Below, one piece after another: positions 1 to 13,344 of a stretch of 64,000 nucleotides of DNA; position 1 is the first letter of the stretch, and the number at the start of each line of letters is the position of its first letter. Where the stretch lies: assembly GCF_004010195.1 (NCBI RefSeq), contig NC_057749.1:11820839-11884838 (forward strand), written 5' to 3'. Under the pieces are notes generated by a model. The model was not told the DNA's origin, searched no databases, and worked only from the letters and a program-made list of their open reading frames with translations. This DNA comes from Chiloscyllium plagiosum. Taxonomy: Eukaryota. Both the position numbers and the translations under genes were made by a program.

Positions 1-239
1 CTTTTCCACCTATCCACTCCACCCTCTCCTCCCTGACCTATCACCTTCATCTCCTCCCCCGCTCACCCATTGTACTCTATGCTACTCTCTCCCCACCCCC
101 ACCCTCCCCTAGCTTATCTCTCCACGCTTCAGGCTCTCTGCCTTTATTCCTGCTGAAGGGCTTTTGCCCGAAACATTGATTTCGCTGCTCGTTGGATGCT
201 GCCTGAATTGCTGTGCTCTTCCAGCACCACTGATCCAGA

Positions 240-1320
240 TACCAGTTTATGTGGTATGAAAAATGCACAGCCACATATTAAAGATAAACCAATAAAGTAA
301 CTTTGGAATCACCAAATTGTGTGGTGTACATCAACAATCTGGTGCTTTTTAGGCACATTTGGAGCATGTATCAGAATTGTTTGATCAACTTCAGGAAGCA
401 AGCTTGGTGATAAACCTGGCTAAGACGAGTTCACAAATACCCAAGTCATATTCCTGGGCCACGTTATTAGACATGACAGACGGCTCCATGGGATGTGAAA
501 ACAAAGGTTACCGGGAAGTTGCCCATACCATCACAAAGGAAGCACTATGATTCCTGTGATTGAGTGGTTTTTATCTAAAGTGTTTGTACTGAATTTTAGC
601 AGGGAGGAGAAAGTGAGGATGGCAGATGCTGGAGATCAGAGTCAAGAGTGTAGTGCTGGAAAAGCACGCAAGTCAGACAGCATGCAAGGTGCAGGAGAAT
701 CAATGTTTCAGACATAAGCCCTTCATCAGGAATCCTGGTTCATCAGGGCTTATGCCCAATATGACAATTCTCCTGTTCCTCGGATGCTGTCTGACCTGCT
801 GTGCTTTTCCAGCACTACACTCTCAACACTGAACTTTAGCAGTATGGTTGCTCCACTTACTGACTTGTTGAAGAAGTGCAGAAAATTTCAGACGGCTGAA
901 GAATGTGAAAAGGCATTTGACAGCTTGAAAGCTAGGTTAACCACTGCCCCAGTGTTAGTCACACCTAATTATGCAAAGCCATTCAAGATGGCTATCAATG
1001 CGAGTGATGTGGGCATCAATGCTGTACTCTTGCAAGAGGATGACGAGAAGATAGAAGATCTATTGGGTATTTTTCCAGAAAAATGAACAATCAACAGAAA
1101 TATTCCACACATGAGAATGAGACCTTGAGCTTGGTGTTGGCATTGAAACATTTCAACATTTATATTGTCATTAATGTGTCTGAGAGAATTGTATATACTG
1201 ATCATAACTGCATAATATTTTGGAAAAATGTAAGAATAAAAATTCCAGACTGATTAGACAGAGTTTATTATTGCATCAAATCAATTTGAAAATTATTTCA
1301 CATGGCAGGTACATTGTCGC
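240..1320 (+). mobile_element. Decayed Ty3/Gypsy LTR retrotransposon pol fragment (RT/RNase H)
   Basis: Frameshifted peptides NCVVYINNL, LQEASLVINLAK, FDSLKARLTTAPVL, FKMAINASDVGINAVLLQ; interrupted at 603-827 by a PLE-derived palindrome. Confidence 0.85.
603..827. mobile_element. Short palindromic PLE derivative
   Basis: Inverted arms; TSD ACTGAA(T/C)TTTAGCAG at 588-602 and 828-842. Confidence 0.8.
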
Positions 1321-2113
1321 AACTTTGATGAAGGGAGATGGATATGTTCGATGGTGGGGAAAAAAAAGACTGAAATACACTATAGTAGTGAATGCTTGTA
1401 TGCTCTGAGTCAATGTAATGTGTATGTATTGTAGTGTACTAATAATGCAAGGCTAAAGGTTTTTTTTTTAATTAAGCCATCTTTTATACTGATGGTTTTT
1501 TTAAAGTTGGGAAGTGTGATGATACTTTAAGACATGTATTTTGTCCTTTTTTTCTCATCAAGATTGAGACAGAGATACTGAGCAGTCTGCTCAAAGCCAA
1601 TAGAGTAAATACCTTGTGAGGCCTTGGGCATTTTTTTTAAAAATGTTGAAACGATAGTAGCAGCCTGAATGGGTGAGGGGGGGGAGAGAGGAGAAGGGGT
1701 GAAGCTCCACTTACAGAAGCAGGATTTTTAGTTTCAGCTTTCTGCAGTTGCTGGGGTCTTGAAGCGGAATGTGGAAACTGTTATACCCCCAGCTAAGAGC
1801 TGGGGATCTCTTCTTGCTGCTAAAATTGCATGTGAAACAATCTATTTTACTGAATTTGACTACGCCAAGGGTCTGTTTGAGAAATGTTATTATATTAGAA
1901 CAGTTAATTAGTAGTAGCTAATATATATATTTTGTTAAGCATTTCAATAGAGTTACAGTTAAGCCAATTATTTTCTTTTATTTCGTCTACATTTTAACTG
2001 ACATGTAAAAATAAAAAAAGTGTTTTACTTAAAGTCAATAGTTTGACCAATCGAATTGCACCTTGAACACAACCTTTAAATAACCTTTAAATAAGAAAGG
2101 TTAGGGTTTAGAC

Positions 2114-2866
2114 TAGAGGTGAGGAACCTTTTCATGTTGGAAGGCCGCATTTGGGTGGCACGGTGGCCCAGTGGTTAGCACTGCTGCCTCACAGCGCCTG
2201 TAGACCCGGGTTCAATTCCCGACTCAGGCGACTGACTGTGTGGAGTTTGCACATTCTCCCCGTGTCTGCGTGGGTTTCCTCCGGGTGCTCCGGTTTCCTC
2301 CCACAGTCCAAAGATGTGCGGGTCAGGTGAATTGGCCATGCTAAATTGCCCGTAGTGTTAGGTTAAAGGGGTGGATGTAGGGGTATGGGTGGGTTGCGCT
2401 TCGGCGGGTCGGTGTGGACTTGTTGGGCCGAAGGGCCTGTTTCCACACTGTAAGTAATCTAATCTAATCTATCTAATTATGTTAGTAGTAATCTAACAAG
2501 GCTGCATCCAAGAAACTTCAACTATATATTCCTAAAAATTCACATTTTCTTTAATTGTGGCAGTCAGTCTGTGAGGATTATTTCATTGAATTTTCTTTTA
2601 CTCTCTGGTATTTTAAATACATTCATTTTAAGATTAAAATAAAAATAATAAAAGGACAAAAAAAAACACATTAATAAAAAATAAAAGATTTGTTCTGCAA
2701 AATTTGGATTCATTCAAAAGGCCAAACACAATGGCACAGTGGGTAGCACTGCTGCCTCACAGCGCCAGAGATCCGGGTTCAATTCCCGCCTCAGGCGACT
2801 GACTGGACTGTGTGGAATGGGGGGCCACACACAATGTCCTAGCAGGACGCAGGTTCTCCACCCCTG
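2114..2866. mobile_element. Non-autonomous hAT (Charlie-type) element
   Basis: Imperfect TIRs TAGAGGTGAGGAACC / GGTTCTCCACCCCTG; exact 8-bp TSD GTTTAGAC at 2106-2113 and 2867-2874. Confidence 0.8.
2152..2475 (+). mobile_element. tRNA-derived SINE (HE1-like)
   Basis: A box TGGCCCAGTGG, B box GGTTCAATTCC, (CTAAT)n tail. Confidence 0.9.
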
Positions 2867-5726
2867 GTTTAGACTATCATCGTAATATATATTGAGGGGG
2901 TTTGGTCTGGTCAATAACAGTAAATAATAACCATTACAGTAGCTGTGTAGTCAATACAATACATAATAGAGCAACCACCACAGTAAATAAAGTGATACTA
3001 AAGGTGTAATAGGCAGAGGAATGTAACCAGTACATTACCCAACACAGTAACTGTTACAGTAACCAGCACATTGAATCGTTTAGGATTCCTGCCTAGTAAT
3101 TTTGGCCTCCGTATTTAACAAATGCTTACTAGCTGCCATATGTCTTAAATTGTAGCTACTGAGAGATGAGCGCTGCTCTTGTGTTTCAGGTCACAATGAC
3201 AGGTTTAGGCCATTCTGAGATGTGGAGAAATTTCTTCACAAGAGAGTGGTGAACCTGTAGAATTCTCTGCAACAGAACACTGTTGAGGCCAAAATATTTC
3301 ATCTTTTCAAGAAGAAGTTAAGTTTAATTCTAAGGTCTAAAGGGTATGGAGCAAAAGCAAGAATGGTACATAGTAAGGTGATCGGCCATAATCATATTGA
3401 ATGGCACAGACTGGAAGAACTAAATGGCCTACTTATGTTCCTATTTTCTATGCTTCTATGGTTCTGTCTGATCTATGGCCGAGAACTGAATCCTGAACAA
3501 ATGTCAATTTAGTAATTAAATAAATGAGGAATATAAAAACAGACTACAAAAGCTTCTATAGGTGTGCAAAGGAAAAGATTAATAAAAATAAATTAGAGCC
3601 TTAAAAAGAGTTAGGAGAATTTAAAATGGAGTATTAGGAAATTGTAGAGAGGCTTCAAAACAAATACCCATCGCTAAATCCCCCACTATCAAAATTCTGG
3701 AAGGGTTCCACTGAGCAGAAACCTAACTGGACTCACCATATAAATACTGTGGCAAAAAGAGTAGACCAGAGGGTAGGAATCCTGCATTGACTAATCTCCT
3801 GACTCCCCAAAGTCTGTTCACTAAAGACACAGGCAGGAGTGTGATGAAATACTCCCCACTTGACTGGATGGGCACAGCTCCAACAACACACAAGAAGTTT
3901 GACACCATCGAGAACAAAGCAGCCCACTCGATTGGCACCACATCTACAAACATCCACTCCCTCCACCACCAACACTTAGTAGCAGCAATATGTATTATCT
4001 ACAAGATGCCGAAATTCACCAAGACTCCTTAGACAGCACCATTTAAACCTATGGCCACTTCCGACCAGAGGACAAGGGCAGTAGATACATGGGAACACAT
4101 CCACTTCAAGTTCCCCTACTTACCACTCATCATTCTGACTTGGTAATATATTGCTGTTCCGACAGGTCAAAATCCTGGAACTCCTTCCCAGCATTGTGGG
4201 TCTACCTACAGCATATGAACTGCAGTGATTCAAGAAGATAGCACACCAAAATTTTGTCAAGAGAAAACTGGATAGGCAATACCTGCTAGCCTACTAGAGA
4301 TGCTCACATCCCAAGTGACATAAATAAACAATAGAAACAGGTACTTCACATCTGTCTTAATGAAGGAAAATTCTAAATAACTCTCAATAATAATGGAGAA
4401 TCTACTGACATGTATAAATGATGCACTGCATGATACTAATATTAGTAAAATTACAGTGCTAGGGAAAATAATGCGACCTAAAGTACATAAATCATCTAGA
4501 CTGATAATCCCACTGAAAGAATCAGATAGTAAACACATTGATGGTAATCTTCTGAAATTCTCAACTTTAGAATGGCTCCTGCAGATTGTATGGAGGTTAA
4601 GGATAGCTCAGTTGACTGGATGGCTGGTTTGTGATGCTTATGCACGAAACATCAATTCTACTGCTCGTCGGATGCTGCCTGACAGGCTGTGCTTTTCCAG
4701 CACCACACTCTCGACTCTGATCTCCAGCATCTGCAGTCCTCACTTTCTCCTGGTTTGCAACAAAGTACGCCTACAGTGCAAGTTCAACTCTACATTGTCA
4801 GTCTACATTGCAAACCAACTGTTTAGTCAACTACATTGCAAACCAACTGTTTAGTCAACTGAGCTAACCATGAAGATCCCGCCATGTCAATCACACCCCT
4901 CCCCAGATGCATGGCAACCTTCAGGTTAAACTCACCATCAACTGTCTTGCTTTAACAAGAACCCTATGGATCTCTGGAACAATGGCAACGTATGGCTGGT
5001 TGATGGGAAATTTGTTTAAATGCATTTAATTTTTTTTTTTCAAAACCTTTTGAAGTGAATAGTTCAATGCTTTATGAAACAAGGGTAAAGAGAATTTTTT
5101 AAAAATTGGGCTGTTATTTAATAACAAGGTGCATTATCATGCAGGGAAAGAGTGAAAAGTTTGTTTCAAAACACAGAACCATCCAAAATATCAAAAAGTG
5201 TGCAGAGTTCTTAAGTGAAAAGCTCCAGTGACAGAAGGTTTAAAAATGTTGAAAAAAGATATTCCACAGACTGTTCTATCCATGAATTTAAGGAACAAAT
5301 GCAAAGGAGCAAGTAAATTGTTTTAGTAGTTTGGCTAAGGTCTCATGAAGAGACACTGATTAAAGAAGATAGAATGAAGTGAGTGAAGAAGTTTAGTGGA
5401 AAAAAAAAGTACAGCTCTGCCCACTGAACATGGGAACTTTAATGTGGAAACAAAATGGCACTTCACTGAGCTTTGAGTGGCTGCAAGGTTGTTGCTGATG
5501 ACAAAAGGATTGAATTTTGGTTTCTGATATTTATAATAAGATTATCACAAATACTTCTTTGTATAGTAGAAAACAATTTTCTTTTCCCTATAGTGTGTAA
5601 TAATCTTCAATCTTCTTTTATTGAAGTTAATTAGCAGTCACTTGTGAATATCTTCAGTAACTGACAACCACAGTAATTAAATTGCATAAATATAACTTAT
5701 GCTCTATCAAGGTTCTGACATCTACC

Positions 5727-5764
5727 AGTTCTGAGGAAGGGTCACCAGATCTGAAACGTTAACT
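5727..5764 (+). ncRNA. Minimal hammerhead ribozyme motif (third variant)
   Basis: AGTT-CTGAGGA-A-GGGTC-ACCA-GATCT-GAAAC-GTT-AACT, inside an insert with 12-bp TSD ATGCTCTATCAA (5699-5710, 5846-5857). Confidence 0.65.
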
Positions 5765-6113
5765 ATAATTTCTCATCATTGATGTTTTTCTAGCAATTTC
5801 TGTTCTTGTTTCTGATTTACAGCATCTGCAGTTCTTTGGGTTTTAATGCTCTATCAAATCAGGTTTGATTCTGGGGTCTGACTTATCTACTATTACCATC
5901 ATCTGGGGTCATAACAATTGGAAGGTAGTATATGTAACCCCACTATCTAAGAGAGGAGACAGCAAACCAGAAAATATAGGCCTGTTAGCCTAGTATCTGA
6001 TGTTTGGAACATGCTAGAATATTAAAGATGCAAGAACAAAACACTCAGAAGATAAGAGTAGGATTGGACAGAGTCAACATGGATTTATAGAAGGGAAATC
6101 ATGTCCAACAAAC

Positions 6114-6358
6114 AAGAACAGAAGTTGCTGGAAAAAACTCAGCAGATCTGGCAGTATGCGTGCAGAGAAAGCAGAATTAATGTTTAGGGTCCAATGACCT
6201 TTTTCAGAACTGTTCAGACTGTTTCAAAGAAGGGTCACTGGACCTGAAACATTAATTCTGCTTTCTCTCCACACATACTTCCAGATTTGCTGAGTTCTCC
6301 CACAATCTATGATTTTGTTTCTGATTTTCAGCATCCACAGCACTTTGTTTTTTTTTTG
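6114..6358. mobile_element. Short palindromic PLE-like derivative (older subfamily)
   Basis: Inverted arms; flanking repeats TCATGTCCAACAAAC / TCATGTCTGACAAAC. Confidence 0.7.
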
Positions 6359-6940
6359 TTCATGTCTGACAAACCTGTTGCAGTTGTTGTAAGGATGTAA
6401 CTGGCATAAATGATAAATGGGAGTGTGGATGGGAAAACAAGTGGATATGGTACATTCAGATAATCGGAGAGCTTTGATACACAACAGGCTGTTAAATTAG
6501 ACCACATGGGATTAAGGGGAATACACTGGCATAGTTAATGGGCAGTGATAGGGAATATGCAAGCTATTGTACATTGAAATTGCAGAGGGTGGCAAAATCT
6601 CCATCGGATTAATTAAATGAAAGTTACTATCACCAGATAAATTTTCTGCATGCCAGAACAGTCCACAACAGCAAGTAAATTGCTGAGGCAAATTGCTGAT
6701 AATAAAATGCTGTACCAAACATCCAATCACAGTTGGATAACTCAGCTCTGCTGATCGATAGTATACAAAGGGGGTGTGCGCTATGCTCTTGAGCTGTATA
6801 AAAGAAGCTAATTAGAAAACTTTTGCACGCCTTTTTGCTATGAAGATCTGAAGCTGTAACCAACATGTGTCACAATAAAGGTTGCCTGAATCTACCATCA
6901 GCCTCTGACTCTCACAAAGAAATCATGAGATCTTACAATT

Positions 6941-6958
6941 TGGCACAGTCGGCAGGAT
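6941..6958 (+). promoter_or_regulatory. Retroviral primer-binding site, tRNA-Ser
   Basis: TGGCACAGTCGGCAGGAT matches 16 of 18 nt of TGGCGTAGTCGGCAGGAT, the complement of the vertebrate tRNA-Ser 3' end. Confidence 0.8.
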
Positions 6959-7771
6959 TGCTGGAGGAATAAAGGATTAAATCCCGGACAACAGACCTAC
7001 ATCAGCTCCCAGAGGTAAAACTTCTCAGTAAATTGTCTGGATTCGGTCTCTCCCCCATGCAATCTCGAAACTCTCCTGAGTAGCAGACGGCTTTAGGCCC
7101 CGTTTTTGCAGAACACCATGATATCAGCAGAGACTACAATTAGTCACCGACCTAGCTGAAAGCGTATGGCTCGAGACCCGTAAAGAACCCGTACAATGGC
7201 AGACGATGAGACCAAGCAGTTACCTTCTACTATTAAAAGCAGGCAGAACCCAACTGATTTTTCAGATGAAATTCTCCAAAACCTAAAAGACTACATAGAG
7301 CAACAATCTAGCTTACCCAAGGCCTGTACTGAGATCAGACAGGAGCACGGTACCTCCATGGGACAGTGGTCCCTGGACGACATCAGAAGGGTCGGAGGTA
7401 AAACAACCCATATGATGGAGAAAGAATGAGTCGGGTAGTCCCTGGTCATCATGGGACAGGTCCAACAGGAAAAAAAAGTCATAATGCTTTCCCATACAAG
7501 CGAGATTTGACCAATACCAAGAGCCAACTGGAAGCAATTTGCGAAGGACTAAAAAGAACAAAACTTGAGATAGAAAAATGGGTACTTAAAAATGAAAATT
7601 TAGAGTTTGAAATTAAATGGTACAAGAAGCAATCATATAAAGAACCAGTAACATAATTAGCAGACAAGGGGAAAATGCACTAGGTCTTGGCCGGGGTACC
7701 CTTTCTTAAGTCAACTACCAAGTGATTAGCTGAAAGTGCAGAGACACCGGTGGGTTTAGAAACAGATTTGG

Positions 7772-8098
7772 AATTAGATTAGATTAGATTACAGATTACA
7801 TTAGTGTGGAAACAGGCCCTTCGGCCCAACAAGTCCACACCGACCCGCCGAAGCGAAACCCACCCATACTCCTACATTTACCCCTTGCCTAACACTACGG
7901 GCAATTTTAGCATGGCCAATTCACCTGACCCTGCACATCTTTGGACTGTGGGAGGAAACCGGAGCACCCGGAGGAAACCCACGCAGACACGGGGAGAACG
8001 TGCAAACTCCACACAGTCAGTCGCCTGAGGCGGGAATTGAACCCGGGTCTCAGGCGCTGTGAGGCAGCAGTGCTAACCACTGTGCCATCGTGCCGCCC
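7772..8098 (-). mobile_element. tRNA-derived SINE inserted in ERV gag
   Basis: Reverse-complement copy of 2152-2475 with (ATTAG)n tail. Confidence 0.9.
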
Positions 8099-9246
8099 AC
8101 AAATTCTCCAGTGACTCTTGTGAAGAAGGTATCCAGAGATTCGCCCCCTTGAAAACAACATGAGCTAAAGTTAAATCTGAAAAAATAAAAGAATAGCAAT
8201 GGGGTGGTCACAGTCACACATTGATATGCCAATATTTATCATAAATGAGTGGATCCTGAGAAAATTGATAAATAGTCTAAAGAAATACCACCCCCTTAAA
8301 AAGGAGGGTTGAAAACATGGGAACAAGTGGAATGTTTAAAAGGTATCAATAGTCTCCACCCGTTGGACGGAGCATAGATCCTGATCATGATGGTACCTAG
8401 CTGAGAGGGGAGGAGATTGGGTAGGAGGTTACAAGAGGTCCTCAGGGACAATGAACAAAAGATTGAGACTGGATGGGGAATGATCAAACAATGGTTACGG
8501 AAATTCAGTCCTGTAAAGACGGCCTGGGAAAAGATTGCAGCCTGTCAACTGAAAAGAACGGAAGATGTGTTGGAATACAACAAGCGTTTTAAAACTTTTT
8601 GGTGAGAACACTCGGGAATAAGTAATGAGGGACCCGCATACCAATGGTCTCCTGAAAGCCGCTTTTGTAGCGGGACTGAAGCCGGAGTTATCCAAGATGC
8701 AGATAACACTGCCAGACTGGGACGGGATAGGAATAACTCATGCAGAACTGGTAGACCCGTGCAACCAATTGGACATAGGAGCTAAAGGTCGGACCACGCA
8801 GGTCGCAGGAGGGAAATTCAGAGAACCGGACAAGCAATTACCACGAAGACTTCCTGGGAAGTGTCACTATTGCAGAAAAGAGGGACATTGGGCTAACACA
8901 TGAAGGGCAAAACAGAGAGCCAAGAACAGCGAGGTCTGGAGAACTACCCCCAGAGAACAGGCCCCTCCTCAAAAAGAGTTGCTTAATTTGACAAAAAAAA
9001 AAGTTGAGCCCGGCCTCACCCTCTCCTTGCACTAATACGAGGAGATTTTTAAAAATTCATTTGTAGGATTTGGACATCGCTGGCTGATCAGCATTGATAG
9101 CCCATCTCTATTTGCCCTTGAGAAGGCAGTGATGAGCTGCCTTCTTGAATCACTGCAGTCCACTTGCTATGGGTTGACCCACAATGGCAGTAGAGAGGGA
9201 ATTCCAAGATTTTGACCCAATGACTGTGAAGGAACAGCAGTATATT

Positions 9247-9553
9247 AGATTAGATTAGATTAGATTACTTACAGTGTGGAAACAGGCCCTTCAGCCCAAC
9301 AAATCCACACCGCCCCGCCGAAGCGCAACCCACCCATACCCCTTACCTAACACTACGGGCAATTTAGCATGGCCAATTCACCTGACCTGCACATCTTTGG
9401 ACTGTGGGAGGAAACCAGAGTACCCGGAGGAAACCCACGCAGACACGGGGAGAACGTGCAAACTCCACACAGTCAGTCGCCTGAGGCGGGAATTGAACCC
9501 GGGTCTCTGGCGCTGTGACGCAGCAGTGCTAACCACTGTGCCACCGTGCCGCA
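9247..9553 (-). mobile_element. tRNA-derived SINE
   Basis: Same family as 2152-2475. Confidence 0.9.
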
Positions 9554-12500
9554 CTTGTATATTTCCGTATATTTCCAAGTCCCTTGAGTGGCTTGGAGGG
9601 GAACTTGCAGGTGGTGATTTCCCAAGTACCTGCTGCCCTTGTCCTTCTAGATAGAAGTGGTCATGGGTTTGGAAGGTGCTGTCTGATCTTTGGTGAATTT
9701 CTACAGTACATCTTGTAGATAGTACACACTGCTGCTACTGAGCACCGGTGGTGGAGGGAATTGAATGTGCCAATCAAGCAGGGTTGCTTTGTCCTGGATA
9801 GTGTTAAGCTTCTTGAGTATTGTTGGAGCTGCACCCATCCAGGCAAGTGGGGAGTATTCCATCACATTCCTGACTCATGCCTTGTGGAAACACTTTGGGG
9901 TGTCAGGAGGCGAGTTACTCGCTACAGTATTCCTAGTCTCTGACCTGCTCTTGTAGCCACTGTGTTTATCAGGTGAGTTCAGTTGAGTTTCTGGTCAATG
10001 TAATCCCAAGGATGTTGACAGTGGGAGATTCAGTGATGGAATACCATTGAAAATCAAGGCCGGTGGTTAGAGTGTCTCTTATTGGTGATGGTCATTGTCT
10101 GATATTTGTGTGGCGCAAATGTTACTTGCCACTTGTCAGGCCAAGCCTGGATATTGTCCAGATCTTGTTGCATTTGACAATGAGATGGACAATTATATAT
10201 AACAACATATATTTAGGAGGGTGGCACACAAGATATAGACTGTCTCCTGGACACGGGGACAGAATTGACCTGCCTGCCTCAATGTTACATAAATTCTTTA
10301 CCTTTGGATGGTAAGGTGCGAACAGCTCGCAGGGCTAGGGGAGAAGGCCTAACCATAAAAAGAACATGTCCAGTATTCATAGAACTTCATCCACACAAGT
10401 TAACTGCAGCAGAAGAGGAGATTCCTCACCATTGGTGATACCCCTATCCAAATGGGAACGAAGTCCAAAACCTAGTAGAAGCCATACAATTACCCCAAGA
10501 AGTCTCCATCCTGAAATGTAAAGCGTACACAAAAGAAAATAAAATACTGTGGAAGCACACTGCAGTGCCATGGTGGACCAGGTAACCAGGGAGGCGGCCT
10601 CACAAGGTAGGCACCCAAAAGTGCAATATGCAAACTGGAAATGCTCAGATCCTTGACACAAGATTTAGCAGCAATGCAAAGCCAATGCTCCCGAAAGGAA
10701 AAGCAGACATGGACTGAGACTGGAATTAAACTGTATGAAGATGGTGTCTGGAGCAAAGTGATATCAACAAACCTGTTGTCCTGCAACCATTGATGTCCTT
10801 TTTGGCACAACAGATTCACTCATGGGGGCATTTAGCTCCACAACAGATGATGGCATGATTCCAAAAAAGCTAGTGGGTTAGGGATTTTAATAATACATGC
10901 CCACTTGGTAGCAGAACACTGTGGGACTTGCAAAAAGAATAACCCCAGACCCATCACAACAATGCCTGAACTGAGGCCTCCCGCTCCTGCGGGACCATTC
11001 TAGCACTTACCGGTCAACTATATATCTCTCCCACCATGTCAGGGATATACGGATGTTCTGGTTGTTGTTGATAAATTCTCCAGGTGGACAGAGGCTGCTC
11101 CAACTGAATGGGCCACAGCCAAGCACACAGCTAAAGTTTTATGCAAGGATTACATTCCCCAGTGTGGAGTCCCAATCAGTATAGACACTGGCCAAGGGAC
11201 ACGAATCATGGGTGCTGTCTGCCAGGTTACCGAACTTCGAATGGGATTTCCACTGCCTCCGTCACCCACAATCATCAGGGCAAGTGAAACAAACAAATCA
11301 AATGTTGAAACAACAACTTGCCAAATATCATCAGAAGGGAATACCCTTGCTCCAGGCATTACGATGGTCCTATATGCAGTATCAGGGCAAACCAGAGTAG
11401 AAGTATGGGTCTAAGTTGATTTGAGGTTATAATCAGAAGGCCCATAACACTGTCAGAAACCACTGATTTATGGAAAGCTGATTGCCACTTGATGAGTGAC
11501 GCACTGTTGAAATATTGTCAAGACCTGACCAATGCTGTTAATTCTGCTTCCCAACAGATATCAGCAGGCTGTGGTGATCTACCAGAGGGAGATCATGATA
11601 TTGTCTCGGGAGCTTGGGTTTATGCATATGGAACCATTGGGAGCCAAGTGGGAAGGACTCTACCAAGTGATGCTGACTACCCAAGCAGCAAAAGTCTGAG
11701 GCAAGAAAGCTTGGATACACACATCACACCAGTGAGTGAAATTGAAGCTTGATAAAAGGACTATAATGTTTGATCCAAAACGTGGATTATTATATTGCTA
11801 ACTGTGTGTATTTATGAGTGTTTGCTTACTAATAACTTGCCAATTTTCTACACCAGAAGAGAGATGAAGGAAAAGGGAATTACATGTGAATACCTTTTCG
11901 TATATATCCTATACTTATGCCAAACGACCTAGTATTTCCAGTTGTTGGGTGTGCTCCCACATACCCACTTACTCAAAAGAGAGCATCCCTTTAAGACCCA
12001 TCCCTTTTAATACACCTAAAATGGCAGAACGGGTAACTCACAAGAACATCACCTTAGAGGATCCAACATGACTGGCACAGTAGTCCTCAGCAGGGAAGGG
12101 GTGTATTGGGCATGCATGACTGACCCCCCCCAGAGCAGAGAGAGACAACAGGTTACAACCTCTGAAAGGCAATCAGATTGTATCAGCCTAATTACAACAC
12201 TTCTTTCTTGACCCTTAGAAACACCTCTGGAATCCTTCCTGATAGTCTTATGTAAAACCCATATAGGAGGGCAGGAGATGGGATACAGCAAATGTAATTT
12301 GAGTTACGTCTTCCTCTTTGTTCATCACTCATTTGCTCTACCTGGGATACCCCACTGGCAAAGATTTAAAAGGGCCATTACAGAGACAGCGAGATTGTTT
12401 GCTATCTTGGTCACCTGATACGGGACTGTGAAACTGGTGAAGGATCCATCAATACGTCCTAGAACAGGTGGCCAATGATACTTCAGAGGTTTTGAACAAA

Positions 12501-13344
12501 ATAAGCACTGAAATGGTAGCCATCCATAAAACAGTACTGGTGAATCTTCAGAAGAGGCTTTGGAGACCTAGTTATTGTCAAGACTGAGATTGAGAGATTT
12601 CTACATTTAAAAACATCAAGAGATAGACAGATTTTTAACTAGTAAGGGAATCTAGGGTCTTGGGCATAAGACAGGAAAGTAGAGTTGAGGATGATCAGAT
12701 CAGCCATCATCTCATTGAATGACAGAGCAGACTCAATGGGCTGAATGGCCTACTTCTGCTCCTACATCTTACAAGAAGGTAGTGCAGGAAATGGCAGTGA
12801 AAAAGAAGATTCGACATGATCTAATTCAAATGGTGGAGAAGGCTCAAAGAGCTGAATGATCTCCTCTTGCTGTTATAGTTGAACTGACTCTCCAAGGACC
12901 TATTGCAGGCACTTGGGACTGACCAGACTTGCTGCACCTAACTGGAAAATGCGTCAGCACTTCAAGAGAAAGACAAAGGCCCTATTGCATCACAGTGACG
13001 CTCACCCGCGCCTTGTCTCTTCACTTTGTCATTCATGTCCCGTCTAATTATTGTCGATCACTCACAGTTGATTCAGTATAAGGTCTTTAATTCACATCCA
13101 GTCCCTTCATGCTGCCTCTCATCAATGCCTTGTGTCATTGCTGCTCTATTTCCTGTGGCTCTTGCTCATGCCCAGTCTCACTTTAATGTCACTTGCCACG
13201 TTCTGTTGCATTACAGCTTTGTTTGTCCACATTCTGTTTCATTACAGTGAATCTCACATATGCTATCTCATAACAATGTCTCCAGTTCACAATCTTACAA
13301 TTGTTAGCTGCCACCTGTACTCTATTTATTTATGGTACTATTTA

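Larger units (their letters stand above)
1515..2919 (+). mobile_element. 3' LTR of the Gypsy element, interrupted by a hAT MITE and SINEs
   Basis: Starts TGTGAT after a purine-rich tract (aagttgggaag), ends ggtctggtcaataaCA; homologous to 30872-31479 and 31981-32597. Confidence 0.7.
3520..6540 (+). mobile_element. Old CR1 LINE ORF2 fragmented by nested insertions
   Basis: Colinear decayed CR1 RT segments at ~3520-3660, 4330-4590, 5917-6112 and 6359-6540 (e.g. NYRPVSL- and QHGF-like stretches). Confidence 0.6.
6560..12540 (+). mobile_element. Decayed endogenous retrovirus (class I, gamma/epsilon-like)
   Basis: LTR-like segment with TATAAAA (~6797) and AATAAA (~6873) ending CA at 6937; PBS at 6941-6958; gag remnants ~7196-8930 with zinc knuckle CHYCRKEGHW; RNase H remnant ~10200-10620 (RFLTIGDTPI, LVEAIQLPQEVSILKCKAYTK); integrase ~10800-11500 (LPPCQGYTDVLVVVDKFSRWTEA); env ~11770-12540 (CWVCSHIP, furin site RFKR at 12362-12373, LEQVANDTS). 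Left LTR boundary uncertain. Confidence 0.88.

Noticed and set aside
2152-2225. tRNA-like sequence with A and B boxes
   Set aside because: It is the head of a multi-copy SINE with body and microsatellite tail, not a tRNA gene.
6388-6937. TGTAAG...CTTACA as ERV LTR termini
   Set aside because: The TGTAAG lies within recognisable CR1 RT sequence, so the left LTR boundary remains undefined.
11770-12540. env as a co-opted syncytin-like gene
   Set aside because: Multiple stops and frameshifts, and truncation before the ISD and TM anchor.
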